A stretch of DNA of 64,000 nucleotides from Candidatus Bathyarchaeota archaeon. GTDB lineage: Archaea > Thermoproteota > Bathyarchaeia > Bathyarchaeales > Bathycorpusculaceae. The notes beneath the pieces were generated by a model, which did not search any database, was not told where the DNA came from, and saw nothing but the letters and a program-made list of their open reading frames with translations. Each line of letters starts with the position of its first letter. The stretch's first letter is position 1. This document shows, piece after piece, positions 30,732-41,050 of the stretch. The stretch is taken from positions 1-64,000 of the forward strand of contig CAWAKC010000008.1 in assembly GCA_963782525.1 (NCBI GenBank), read 5' to 3'. A program made the translations under genes and the position numbers.

Positions 30732-31625
30732 TTGTACATCTATTGGATAGTGACTTTGGTGCCGTTGATTTCAACCTTTGACCCTTGGCGTTCAGGCCTC
30801 TGCACATGCCCACCCAAGTTGACTTTTAATCCTTATACGGGATGCGACCACCAATGCACCTACTGCTATGCCTCCAGCTACATCCCAAACTTCAAAGACT
30901 GCCGCCCCAAAAAAGAGGCGCTGGCAATGCTCAAGCGGGAAGCAACTAAACTCAAAGGCGAAACCATCTCGATCTCAAACTCTTCTGATCCATACCCACG
31001 AGCTGAGGCATCAGAGGGGTTAACTCGGCGGTGCCTCGAAATTTTAGTCGAGAGCAATTGCAAAATCCAAATCATAACCAAAAGCAACATCGTAACCCGA
31101 GACGACGACCTGCTAAGCAAGGTTCCTGCGACGGTTGCATTAACCATAACCACTGACGACGACCAACTCGGAAAAATCCTTGAACCCTACGCGCCTTCTC
31201 CTTCCCAGCGCATAAGAGCCGCCCAAGACCTGATCAAAAAAGGCATACCAGTTTCGGTTCGCATTGACCCTATCATTCCCTTCGTAAATGATCAGCCGCA
31301 GAAACTCATCAAAACCCTCGCAATCATCGGCGTCAAACACATAACTGCCTCAACCTACAAAGCAAAACCAGACAACTGGAAACGCCTAACAGAAGCGTTG
31401 CCTGAAGTAGCGGAGAAACTAAAGCCGCTGTATTTCCAGCAAGGCGAACGAGTGGGCGGAAGCATCCTTTTACCCACAGATTATCGCTTCAAAGTACTGA
31501 AGAGTATCCGCGATTTGGCTGACGCGAATGGGTTGAAGTTTGGGGTTTGCCGCGAGGGCTTAGCCCAACTGAACACTGCGCCCTGCGATGGTTCATGGCT
31601 AATGCCTAAAATGAAGGGAGCCTAA
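30732..31625 (+). CDS. Radical SAM protein, spore photoproduct lyase-like family
   Basis: NPYTGCDHQCTYCYA, SDPYP, VRIDPIIP. Confidence 0.88.
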   Translation: MYIYWIVTLVPLISTFDPWRSGLCTCPPKLTFNPYTGCDHQCTYCYASSYIPNFKDCRPKKEALAMLKREATKLKGETISISNSSDPYPRAEASEGLTRRCLEILVESNCKIQIITKSNIVTRDDDLLSKVPATVALTITTDDDQLGKILEPYAPSPSQRIRAAQDLIKKGIPVSVRIDPIIPFVNDQPQKLIKTLAIIGVKHITASTYKAKPDNWKRLTEALPEVAEKLKPLYFQQGERVGGSILLPTDYRFKVLKSIRDLADANGLKFGVCREGLAQLNTAPCDGSWLMPKMKGA

Positions 31626-31628
31626 CCC

Positions 31629-32732
31629 ATGCAGACTCGAGTGGTTATACTTGCTGATTTTGACTATTTCTTTGCCCAATGCGAAGAACTACGTAATCCA
31701 GACATAAAAGACAAACCAATTGTCGTCGGCGTCTATTCAGGACGCACCGAAGAAAGCGGAGCAGTGAGCACCAGCAACTACATCGCACGCAAATACGGCG
31801 TCAAATCCGGTATGCCCTTGTTTTTGGCGAAACGTAAACTGGAAGGCACCGAAGCGGTTTTCTTCAAAGTAGACCATGAATATTATGACCAAATCAGCGA
31901 TCGCATCATGCAGATTTTCCGAACTTACGCAACCAGCCTTGAGCAAGTTAGTGTGGACGAAGCCTATTTGGATGTTACTGCGCAGGTGGATGGCAGTTTT
32001 GAGAAGGCAAGGGATTACGCTCAGCAAATCAAAGTCGATGTCAAAGCGCAGGTAGGGATTTCATTCTCGATAGGAGTTGGACCTAACAAGCTTGTCGCCA
32101 AAATCGCTTGTGACAGCCAAAAACCTGATGGCTTAACCATTATTAAACCCGAAGAAACTAAGGCTTTTCTTGCACCCCTCGAAGTTGACCGCCTCTTGGG
32201 AGTAGGCAAAAAAACAATGGTCCGCATGGAACAGATGGGTATCAAAACCATCGGCGACCTAGCAAAATGCGATTGTCAAAAGCTTATCGAAGTCTTCGGC
32301 AAAGCATTAGGCATTTACTTTCATAACGCAGCCAATGCTGTCGACAACGAACCCGTTGTTGAGCAGGGAGAAGCAGAATCCATCAGTCGTATCGGAACCC
32401 TAAAACAAGACACCCGGGACTTGGAATTTATTCTTCAGAAAACCAACGAACTAGCCGAAGATGTCTACAAGGACCTGACAAACAGAGCAGTAAGTTTTAA
32501 GCTGGTTTCTATTTATGCGGTTAATGTGGATTTAAGTTGCAAAAGCCGATCCGTAACACTTGATCAACCAGCAAAAGATAAAGAAACCATCAACAGAAAT
32601 GTGCGTATGCTTTTCGAGAAATTTTTGGCGGAGTCACCACTTGGCGTTCGTCGAGTCGGTGTTCGAGTTTCATCCTTCAGTAAAGAAGAGCCAAGGCAGA
32701 AGTCACTGTCAAGCTTTTTCCAAAGTATCTAA
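31629..32732 (+). CDS. dinB: Y-family DNA polymerase IV
   Basis: DFDYFFAQCE, SNYIARKYGV, SVDEAYLD, KPDG. Confidence 0.95.
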   Translation: MQTRVVILADFDYFFAQCEELRNPDIKDKPIVVGVYSGRTEESGAVSTSNYIARKYGVKSGMPLFLAKRKLEGTEAVFFKVDHEYYDQISDRIMQIFRTYATSLEQVSVDEAYLDVTAQVDGSFEKARDYAQQIKVDVKAQVGISFSIGVGPNKLVAKIACDSQKPDGLTIIKPEETKAFLAPLEVDRLLGVGKKTMVRMEQMGIKTIGDLAKCDCQKLIEVFGKALGIYFHNAANAVDNEPVVEQGEAESISRIGTLKQDTRDLEFILQKTNELAEDVYKDLTNRAVSFKLVSIYAVNVDLSCKSRSVTLDQPAKDKETINRNVRMLFEKFLAESPLGVRRVGVRVSSFSKEEPRQKSLSSFFQSI

Positions 32733-32817
32733 TAGTACGTACGTTTATTTTTTTTCAGCGAATAAGCTTAAATCACACCTGAATATATTTCGACATTGAA
32801 TCCCTTGAGTTGGTACA

Positions 32818-33048
32818 ATGAAAAGAGACGAAGCGCTAGCACTGTTGAAAGAGTTAATGATTGTATGCGAGACTATGCGTTTTGCACCTGTTGTCTCGTT
32901 AACGCCTAGCCCAACACCGGGGCGATGGAGATTACACCTCAAATGGGCGGACAGCCAAGAAAAGGGCTGCTTTGAAAGACTAATCCAAGAACGAGGATTA
33001 AAAGCAACTGAAACAGCAGACGGTTATACAATCTTCCTCAAATCCTAA
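32818..33048 (+). CDS. Hypothetical protein
   Basis: 76-aa ORF with clean intergenic spacing. Confidence 0.65.
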   Translation: MKRDEALALLKELMIVCETMRFAPVVSLTPSPTPGRWRLHLKWADSQEKGCFERLIQERGLKATETADGYTIFLKS

Positions 33049-33102
33049 ATTTAATTATTCCAAAGTGTTTTAAGCAAAGTTTTTCTTTTCCCAATCTTAT
33101 AA

Positions 33103-33705
33103 GTGATTAGTGATATTTTGTCCGCTAAAAAACAGAGGTTGCCGCCCGACCAAGAATCTACCGACCGTATTTTACGTTGGGGATACGACCACTCAGGAAT
33201 AACTTCAACCAGCCCCCAGTTTCAATTGGAAACCTACACCTTAACCATTGATGGCGAAGTTGAAAAACCCGTTAAGATTAGCTGGAACGATTTTATGGCT
33301 TTACCCCAAACCGTTTCTATCAGCGATTTTCATTGTGTGGAAGGTTGGAGTGTATTGGATTGCAAGTGGGAAGGCGTCAAAATCAAAGACATCGAAAAAC
33401 TCGTCAAACCCAAAGCAGTAGCGCGTTGTGTAACTATTGATTGTGCGGATAACTATCGGACCTCGCTTTTTCGGGAGGAACTTGCGGGCGATGATGTGTT
33501 GTTGGCTTACAAACTTAACGGTGAGGTGTTGGAGGAGGGACTAGGTTTTCCGTTGCGTTTAATTGTGCCCAGTAAGTATGCGTATAAGAGTGCGCTTTGG
33601 GTGGTGCGTTTGGGGTTTACTCGGGGCAAGGAACTTGGGTTTTGGGAGCGGCGGGGGTACAGCGATAGCGCCGACGTGTGGAAGAACGACCGTTTCAACC
33701 GCTAA
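33103..33705 (+). CDS. Sulfite oxidase-like molybdopterin-binding protein
   Basis: DFHCVEGWS, GFPLRLIVP..YAYKSALW, GFWERRGYS. Confidence 0.9.
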   Translation: MISDILSAKKQRLPPDQESTDRILRWGYDHSGITSTSPQFQLETYTLTIDGEVEKPVKISWNDFMALPQTVSISDFHCVEGWSVLDCKWEGVKIKDIEKLVKPKAVARCVTIDCADNYRTSLFREELAGDDVLLAYKLNGEVLEEGLGFPLRLIVPSKYAYKSALWVVRLGFTRGKELGFWERRGYSDSADVWKNDRFNR

Positions 33706-33859
33706 TCGGATAGATTGGCTGTGTATAATTAACTCGTTATGTGTGTGTCATATTTTTTCATTTACAATCATTTATTAATCCAATGAACGTTTTTAAGATC
33801 GGGATAAAGTTTATAAGCGAACTTTAACATGTCGTTGGCTCTTTAAGAGGTCGAAAAAT

Positions 33860-33997
33860 ATGGCACAGAAAAATGAAGTAAGGCACAGCGCAAAATGCCA
33901 AATAACCGCCGAAACAACGGTTGCATTAGCATCAACCGTGCCTTCACAGAAACGAAAAGAAGATGCAAAGAAAACACTATACCTAAACAGAATTTAA
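33860..33997 (+). CDS. Small hypothetical protein (45 aa)
   Basis: GAGG RBS, upstream TTTATAA, downstream CTGCGCC..GGCGCAG hairpin. Confidence 0.4.
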   Translation: MAQKNEVRHSAKCQITAETTVALASTVPSQKRKEDAKKTLYLNRI

Positions 33998-34089
33998 CTA
34001 AGAAATCTGCGCCTATCAGAAAGTTTTTGGCGCAGTTGAACTCTTTTATAGTTGAGTTTCTCAGTTTTAAGCAGAAAAGAGGCTAAACC

Positions 34090-34533
34090 TTGAACTACAC
34101 AGAAGCCAACCTCAATAGAATCTTCATCCTAAGACTTCACAACGACGAAATCCTCCACGAAGTCATAGAAAAATTCGCCGCAGAAAAACAAATCAAAAGT
34201 GCGTTATGTTTTTTCCTCGGCGGCGCCCAAGATAAAAGCAAAGTAGTTGTGGGACCAAAAGACGGCAAAGCAATACCCCCCGAACCCATGATTACTCTTC
34301 TCGAGGGCGTCCATGAAGGCTTGGGCGTTGGAACAATATTTGCTGATGAAGAAGGTAAACCCAAACTGCACATGCACGCAAGTTTTGGCAGAAACGACAA
34401 CGCAGTCACAGGTTGTGTTCGGTTAGGCGTCGAGGTTTGGCAAATCGGCGAAGTCGTCATCTTAGAATTGGCAGGTAGCACAGCAAAACGAGAAAAGAAC
34501 AAGGAAACCGGCTTCGAATTTTTAGAATGCTAA
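34090..34533 (+). CDS. PPC/DUF296 DNA-binding protein
   Basis: PKLHMHASFGR, GEVVILE. Confidence 0.88.
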   Translation: MNYTEANLNRIFILRLHNDEILHEVIEKFAAEKQIKSALCFFLGGAQDKSKVVVGPKDGKAIPPEPMITLLEGVHEGLGVGTIFADEEGKPKLHMHASFGRNDNAVTGCVRLGVEVWQIGEVVILELAGSTAKREKNKETGFEFLEC

Positions 34534-36074
34534 CCTAAGAAGCGGACAAGGAAGATCCTATGTCCCATCCAACCGTTGAAGTCTCCCCAGAATGGTTGGT
34601 CCTGTGGATCCCCAAACCTGCCCGTAGCTGCAATCATGGTTTTAACCTGAGTATAATCGAGTGTTGAATTGAAGAATTGAGTGTTGATTCCGAAGTCGTA
34701 GAGGATTATGTATTTTACGTTTCTCTGGACGCAGAGGTTCACGAACTCGGTGATGTTAAAGTTAGGTGTGAAAGCATCCACTGCCAATGCGGGGTACTGC
34801 CAGATTTGGTCACTTGACATGTTAGCGGGCAAGTAGAAACGGAACATGTCTTGGTCGAGAAGGTTAAACGAGCAAACCAGCACGGCAGATTGATTTTGGT
34901 CTAAATGGTGTGCTAAGTAATCGGTGGCTTCTTGGATGGGGATGTGGATTTGGTCTCTAACTGTCATCTGGTAAGAGTCATAACTGGCGTAAGCAACTGC
35001 CGACCCTATTAAAACGATGAAGAATGCGGCGGCAAGCTTCTTTGTGCGGTCCGCTTTGAATCCGATTTGATGAGGCTTCCATGCATGGACTCTCCCGTAA
35101 AGGAACATTATGAAGCATGCGGCGGAAATAGCTAAAATCGGAAAAAGCGGGGTCACATAACGCCACTGCCTATTAGGAATCAACGTAAAGAAAACATAAA
35201 CTACCACAAACCACGTAAAAAAGAAAATGTCCTGTTTTTTTCTTCGATACGCAAACAAACCTAACCCAGCTAAGCCCAACGCAAAAATCGGCAGCGAAAT
35301 CGGGTGGACAGCGATGTCGTTGAAGGGCCATGCCATCTCGACGAGATAGTAGATGGGGATGGGTTGGAATCGGTTGCTGTAGGCTGGGCGGTCCTGTCCA
35401 CCTTCACTCATAACGTACTGGAGCGTTTGGAATTTGGTGACGCCGTCGTAGTGGTAGATCATGACAAACCAGGGCACCACAACTAAGACTGCAATCAGGC
35501 AAATTATCAGAAATTTTGTTAGGCTAAGCTTTAGGCGTTTTCGGGACAGAAACAGGATGCTCAGTAACATGGCGAGGGCGGCTACGACAATCTGGTATTT
35601 CGCCAAAACTCCTATGCCTAAGGCTAAACCGCTGAAAATGAGCGCCTTATTACTGTCTTTGGTTATCCACGAATAGAACGCAAACATCACGAGGGTGAAG
35701 AAGAAGATGAGCATGGTTTCCAGCATGGTTACTCGGGAGAGCCAAAAGAACCCAGGCATCGTCCCCAACAGAATGCTTGCGATTAGTGCGTTTCTTTGTC
35801 CATACGTTTTTTTGGTAAATTCAAAAAGAAGAGCAATTGCTAACACCGAAAACGTCACTGCCACCAAACGCCCTGCTACTTGAGTTGCCCCAAAAATCTG
35901 GAAGAAACCAGTAGTGACAAGGTCGAAGATGGGTGGGTAATAGCCGTAAGTGGTCATGTAATCCCATGTTTGCCCACGCGAAAGCATTGTGGCGCCGTAG
36001 AGATGGGGCATTTCATCCCATTGCACCGACATATAACCCAGATTGTACAATGCAAAGAAAGCGAAAATAACCAA
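34530..36074 (-). CDS. GT-C (ArnT/PMT-like) glycosyltransferase
   Basis: WDE motif, YYPP, many TM helices; the frame stays open further upstream. Confidence 0.85.
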   Translation of the reverse strand: MVIFAFFALYNLGYMSVQWDEMPHLYGATMLSRGQTWDYMTTYGYYPPIFDLVTTGFFQIFGATQVAGRLVAVTFSVLAIALLFEFTKKTYGQRNALIASILLGTMPGFFWLSRVTMLETMLIFFFTLVMFAFYSWITKDSNKALIFSGLALGIGVLAKYQIVVAALAMLLSILFLSRKRLKLSLTKFLIICLIAVLVVVPWFVMIYHYDGVTKFQTLQYVMSEGGQDRPAYSNRFQPIPIYYLVEMAWPFNDIAVHPISLPIFALGLAGLGLFAYRRKKQDIFFFTWFVVVYVFFTLIPNRQWRYVTPLFPILAISAACFIMFLYGRVHAWKPHQIGFKADRTKKLAAAFFIVLIGSAVAYASYDSYQMTVRDQIHIPIQEATDYLAHHLDQNQSAVLVCSFNLLDQDMFRFYLPANMSSDQIWQYPALAVDAFTPNFNITEFVNLCVQRNVKYIILYDFGINTQFFNSTLDYTQVKTMIAATGRFGDPQDQPFWGDFNGWMGHRIFLVRFLG

Positions 36075-36229
36075 GAAAACCAGCAGTAACAGTCGATATT
36101 GATGTTTTTTGACGAACCCTGCTAAACTATGAGTGGATAGTTCGCCGGTGCCGGTTAATTGGGTGATGTTTTGTGACCCCTTATGGATTGAAAATTACAT
36201 AGTTGCTTCTAAAAAGAGTTTGCGGATAA

Positions 36230-37570
36230 CTAAAAATTTTTGCATCTGGCTTGTTCCAACCTCTTTTTTTTATTTCCTCCCTTGGTTTTAACAATTAAAA
36301 CAACTGTTACCACAATAACTGCTATTACTGCTATGATAAGCAAGTAATTGGATTTGACGAAATCGAATGCCGAAGATGGATTTGAGGAAGAATTTGTAGG
36401 TTGCGACGGGAAAGATGTTGGTGAAGTAGAAACAGACGGAGTGTTTGTATCTTGTGAAGATACAGGTGTTGGGGAATTAGTAACAGATGTTGCCGATGTG
36501 CTGGCTATCCATCCTCCTCCCGGAGAAGTACCTGGAACTGAACCAGCAAGTACGTAATCATTCCCTTTTTGAATTGCAGCATAAGTTCCATCATAAGGCA
36601 GGATCCATTGTAAGTTTCCAGAAGCATTGATCTTTATCAGGCCTGAGTCAGCAGCTATAGCGTAACCGCCATCATTTGTTTCTGTGATAGAATGCACTAA
36701 AGTATTGTCTATCTGATTGTATGTTTGATTCCAAACTATGGTACCGGTAGAGTCAAACTTAACCAAACATAAAGTCCGGTCTGTTGTACCTGCTAACATA
36801 TAGCCGTTATCACTTGTCCGAACTACTCCAACTCCTTGGTCATCTTTCAGGGTACCGTATGTTTGGTTCCATATCATTTTTCCAGCCGAGTCTGTTCTAA
36901 CCAGCCACATGTCCCATGTGCTCGTAACATAAGAAAATGTTGAACCCGCAAGCACAAAGCCACCGTCAACAGTTTGAAGTAATGAACCAGCTAGTTCATC
37001 GTTTGAGCCACCGTAAGTTTGGTTCCACTGCAAGCTACCATTGGAGCTAACTTTAGCTAACCAAAACCCTCCATCATGGACACTGCCGGCTAATACATAA
37101 GCATTATCGCCTGTTTTTATTACAGAGCTTAACGATATGTCGAGGTAGTTTTGCTTCCACACAACATTGCCCAAGGCATCTGTCTTAACGAGGTCTACGC
37201 AAACCATGACGTACCCACTATCGCTGGCTTGAACAATAGAGCTCACTTGCCCCAAGTTTAGATAATCCTCGCTTAAGCCTTGCTCCCACATCTTGTTGCC
37301 TGAGGCGTCAACTTTGAGCAGCCAGGCATCAGGTATTCGTTGCCCCGGTGCACCCAACTCTCCCATGTATCCAGCTAGCGCATAGCCGCCGCCAGCAGTC
37401 GCCGTCATTGCTGTAATTCCGCCATAGGTGCCATAAGTGTACGTTTTGCTCCATTCAACAACAGGAGGAGTTGAGACAGCATTGACAAAACTTGACATTG
37501 GCAACAAAACTAAAGTTAACAGTAAAAATGTAAGGATCGATGAAAAAGCCAAGGGTGCTTCATTTTCCAT
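36230..37570 (-). CDS. Secreted beta-propeller-type surface protein with S/T/P linker and C-terminal anchor
   Basis: Repeated WLVKxDxxGxxxWNQTYG units. Confidence 0.8.
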   Translation of the reverse strand: MENEAPLAFSSILTFLLLTLVLLPMSSFVNAVSTPPVVEWSKTYTYGTYGGITAMTATAGGGYALAGYMGELGAPGQRIPDAWLLKVDASGNKMWEQGLSEDYLNLGQVSSIVQASDSGYVMVCVDLVKTDALGNVVWKQNYLDISLSSVIKTGDNAYVLAGSVHDGGFWLAKVSSNGSLQWNQTYGGSNDELAGSLLQTVDGGFVLAGSTFSYVTSTWDMWLVRTDSAGKMIWNQTYGTLKDDQGVGVVRTSDNGYMLAGTTDRTLCLVKFDSTGTIVWNQTYNQIDNTLVHSITETNDGGYAIAADSGLIKINASGNLQWILPYDGTYAAIQKGNDYVLAGSVPGTSPGGGWIASTSATSVTNSPTPVSSQDTNTPSVSTSPTSFPSQPTNSSSNPSSAFDFVKSNYLLIIAVIAVIVVTVVLIVKTKGGNKKKRLEQARCKNF

Positions 37571-37718
37571 AATTCATAATTCCACTATCCTTCTTTTCTG
37601 TTTTTGGGAAAAACCCTCCTTTAACCTCGCTTCTCGAAATTTCGATGAGGAAATACAAAAGTGATTTATTCGTTAGAATCATTCATTTGTTTCCCAGTTT
37701 GGAAAGGTCGAATACTGC

Positions 37719-38447
37719 TTGAAGAGTGGGGTGCCACACAAAGAAATTTCAATCCTGTTGCCAGCTTATAATGAAGCGGCGCAGATTGAAAAATGCGTGC
37801 GGGAAGTTGAAGCTGCAGTTAGGTCCTTTTCCAAGTCATACGAGATTATCGTGTCGGAAGATGGCAGCACAGACGGCACCGACTTAATCGTTGCTAAAAT
37901 GGCTAAAAACAACCCAAACCTCGTTCTACTCCATTCGCCAAGCCGTCTTGGAAAGGGCAAAGGTATCAAAAACGCATTATACACTTCCAAAGGCAAATTC
38001 ATAACTTTCATGGATGTTGACTTAGCGACAGACCTCGCATGCTTACCAAAGCTTCTGCAAATAGTAAAAACTAATGGCGGCATGGCAATCGGTTCCCGAC
38101 ACATCGAAGGTTCACGCGTTCAACGCCGCGTTACGAGGACACTGTTTAGTTTAACCTACAATTTGGCGGTGCGACTGCTTTTTTTAGACGGTGTCCATGA
38201 CCATCAATGCGGCTTCAAAACCATGAGTCGCGAAGTCGCCGAAGCCGTTTTGAGCGCTTCGAAATCTGATGGCTACTTTTTTGATACTGAAATGATTGTG
38301 CGCGGCAAAAAACTCGGTTATCCAGTAGCCGAAGTGGCGGTGCAATGGTCTGAGAGAGATAAGGGCGCCTCAAAAGTTAACCCCATAAGGGATGCCAAAA
38401 AGATTGGTTTGGATTTGTTGGCGTTTAGGTTTAAATCCTCAAAATAG
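37719..38447 (+). CDS. GT2 dolichyl-phosphate glycosyltransferase
   Basis: PAYNE, DGSTDGT, FMDVD, DHQCGFK. Confidence 0.9.
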   Translation: MKSGVPHKEISILLPAYNEAAQIEKCVREVEAAVRSFSKSYEIIVSEDGSTDGTDLIVAKMAKNNPNLVLLHSPSRLGKGKGIKNALYTSKGKFITFMDVDLATDLACLPKLLQIVKTNGGMAIGSRHIEGSRVQRRVTRTLFSLTYNLAVRLLFLDGVHDHQCGFKTMSREVAEAVLSASKSDGYFFDTEMIVRGKKLGYPVAEVAVQWSERDKGASKVNPIRDAKKIGLDLLAFRFKSSK

Positions 38448-38455
38448 AAATGTGC

Positions 38456-39118
38456 CTATATTCGGTTGCTTTTGGTTAACATGCGCTTTACCCTTTCAAA
38501 CTCCTGCATAAAATTCAATGTAAGCGGTACAGCTTGTCCGAAAGGTTGACAATGCCCCTCCACAATGGCTTTTGCGATAGCTTCAACACTTGCCTCTTCA
38601 GCTTCGATAACGGTGTAGCCGTAACCGATTTGAGGACCATAATGAGCGTCGGTTCCTGCTACCCGCGAAAGGTTTAGGCGGTCTGCGGTTTCTGTGGCTT
38701 TTTTTACGTTTCTTTTGAAGGGAAACGCCCGAGCGTTTATGATTTCTATGGCGTCGAAAGTTTCGCAAACGTTTCCTTCTAGGCTACCTTTGAAGTAGGC
38801 GTAAGGGTGGCACGCGATTGCGACTCCACCTGCTCTATGAATCCGAAGTACTGTTTCGGGGGCATTTAGACCTCGAGGTATGAGTTCAGAAACGTTTAGG
38901 GCGACGATGTGGCCGTCGCTACTGGAAACTTCCATGCCTGGGATAACTAAAAAATCTGTTTCTTTAGCAATTTTATAGGCTCCGTCAAGTTCGTTGTGAT
39001 CGGTGACTGCAACTGCGTTCAAGCCGCGCTTCTTAGCGTAATGGATGAGGTCTTTGGGGGTTATCAGTGAATCTTTCGAGTAGGTTGTGTGAACGTGGAG
39101 GTCGGCTTTTATCTGCAT
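38456..39118 (-). CDS. PHP-domain metallohydrolase
   Basis: DLHVHT, TDHN, HP, GTDAH. Confidence 0.9.
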   Translation of the reverse strand: MQIKADLHVHTTYSKDSLITPKDLIHYAKKRGLNAVAVTDHNELDGAYKIAKETDFLVIPGMEVSSSDGHIVALNVSELIPRGLNAPETVLRIHRAGGVAIACHPYAYFKGSLEGNVCETFDAIEIINARAFPFKRNVKKATETADRLNLSRVAGTDAHYGPQIGYGYTVIEAEEASVEAIAKAIVEGHCQPFGQAVPLTLNFMQEFERVKRMLTKSNRI

Positions 39119-39128
39119 TAGTTTGCCC

Positions 39129-40853
39129 CTATTTTGGCGATGCCTTGGCTCTTATCTGTGCCAGCATCTCCTCGAGTTTTGCTTCATCAGCATCGATTTT
39201 ATGGAATAGCGGCGTTGGCTTAGCGATTTTGTGTCCAGCTTCTATCGGCTTTAATGCGTCGCTCCAGTTGCTCTTGCCTACAGTTTCGGGGAGGTTGAGG
39301 GTTTGCCAGAGTTGTTGCGATGTCTGGGGTATGAAGGGTTCTGAAACCACTGCGATCGCTTTTACCACTTGGGCTGCCACGTAGAAAATGGTTCCTGCTT
39401 TTTCTTTGTCGGTCTTCATGAGGTTCCAGGGTTCTTTTGTATTTAGGTATTGGTTGCCTATGCGGCTGACGCTGATTAGCGTGTTTGTAGCGGATTGTAG
39501 CCATGAATCCTCAATTTCCTTCGCAGCTTGATCAACTTTCTCCTTTACAGCCCGCAAAATAGCTTCATCGTCTTTGTCGAGTTTGGTTGGAGCTGGGATT
39601 TGTCCATCGAATTTGCTGTTGATGAAGCTGAGGGTGCGGTGGATGAAGTTGCCGAAGGTGTCGTTTAGGTCGGCGTTGATTTTTTCGATGAACACTGTCC
39701 ATGTGAAGTTGGTGTCTTTGCTTTCGGGGCGAGTAGCAATGAGGAAGAAGCGCCAGTAGTCGAGGGGAAACATTTCGAGGGCTTCATCTATCCATATGCC
39801 GACGCGTTGGCTTTTTGAGGCTTTTTGGCCTTTGAATTGGAGGAATTCGGTGGCGGAAACGTTCCATGGCAGGTTGTAGCCTTGACCAGACGCCAACAAA
39901 AGCGCTGGCAGGATAATGGTGTGGAAAGGAATGTTGTCTTTGCCCACAAAGTAGAGTGTTTTGGCTTCTTTGTCGAACCAGAATTCACGCCATTTCTCAG
40001 GCTGCCCAATGCGCTGGCACTGCTCGATAGTTGCTGATACGTAACCCAACACTGCATCTACCCAAACATAGATTGTTTTGCCCTCTGCACCCTCAAACGG
40101 CGCTGGGATGCCCCATTCAACATCGCGGGTGACGGCTCGGGGTTTTAAGCCTTCTTTTATCCAGTTTAAACTAAAGTTTTTTACGTTAGTCGGAAGATGC
40201 GGATTATTTTTTAAGTATTCGGTTAGGGGTTCTGAGAGTTTTGTGAGGTCGATGTACCAGTGCCGTGTGGTTTTCACTGTGGGTTTGCTCTTGCAGATGA
40301 CGCAGTAGGGGTCAATGAGTGCGGTGGGTTCGAGGAGTTTTCCGCAGATGTCGCATTGATCGCCTCGGGCTTTTTCGCAGCCGCAATAGGGGCATTTGCC
40401 TTCGACGAAGCGATCGGGCAGGAAGCGTTGGTCGTGTTCACAGTAGAGCATCTGGGCGTCTTGAGCGAAGATGTAACCATTTTTCTGGATTTCGAGAAGT
40501 GTTTTTTGGACGAATTCTTTATGGATTGGGCTCTCCGTGCTGGTGTAGTTGTCAAATGAGGCGTCCCATCTGCGGAAGAGTTCGACGACTTTGGCGTGGT
40601 TTCGGTCAGTCAACACTTTTGGTGTTATGCCCTGTTTTATGGCTTCCACCTCGATGGGTGTGCCATGGGTATCTGAACCGCTCACCATCATCGTGTCGGA
40701 ACCTTTTAGGCGGTAATAGCGGGCTGTCACGTCGGCGGATAAGACGGAGCCAACGAGGTTGCCCAGGTGCGGGGTAACGTTGATGTATGGCCAAGCTGAT
40801 GTTACGAGAACTTTTTCAGGCAAAGGTATCATCAACAAATCGTTTAGCGCCAA
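39129..40853 (-). CDS. metG: Methionyl-tRNA synthetase
   Basis: WPYIN..HLGN, zinc knuckle, YVWVDA, KASKS. Confidence 0.96.
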   Translation of the reverse strand: MALNDLLMIPLPEKVLVTSAWPYINVTPHLGNLVGSVLSADVTARYYRLKGSDTMMVSGSDTHGTPIEVEAIKQGITPKVLTDRNHAKVVELFRRWDASFDNYTSTESPIHKEFVQKTLLEIQKNGYIFAQDAQMLYCEHDQRFLPDRFVEGKCPYCGCEKARGDQCDICGKLLEPTALIDPYCVICKSKPTVKTTRHWYIDLTKLSEPLTEYLKNNPHLPTNVKNFSLNWIKEGLKPRAVTRDVEWGIPAPFEGAEGKTIYVWVDAVLGYVSATIEQCQRIGQPEKWREFWFDKEAKTLYFVGKDNIPFHTIILPALLLASGQGYNLPWNVSATEFLQFKGQKASKSQRVGIWIDEALEMFPLDYWRFFLIATRPESKDTNFTWTVFIEKINADLNDTFGNFIHRTLSFINSKFDGQIPAPTKLDKDDEAILRAVKEKVDQAAKEIEDSWLQSATNTLISVSRIGNQYLNTKEPWNLMKTDKEKAGTIFYVAAQVVKAIAVVSEPFIPQTSQQLWQTLNLPETVGKSNWSDALKPIEAGHKIAKPTPLFHKIDADEAKLEEMLAQIRAKASPK

Positions 40854-41050
40854 CCTTATTAAAATTCCTATAAGACCCGTTGAACTAAAAATCTGCGAAT
40901 CAGAAAAAATAGTTGTTTGGATCCTGATAGAATATCATTGCAGAAACCTGTTGCGGTAGGTTGTCATTGCAGATTTATCAATAACTCAAGACTGTTTTGG
41001 TAAGCCTTAAATTTCCAAGTCGTTATACCCTCTTACTTGAGGTTTCAACA

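Noticed and set aside
39220-40794. Numerous overlapping antisense and alternate-frame ORFs (also over aor, mvhA and others)
   Set aside because: Shadows of well-supported genes, with no motifs of their own
39129-40853. MetRS lacking the C-terminal dimerisation domain as a novelty
   Set aside because: Short MetRS forms are well known
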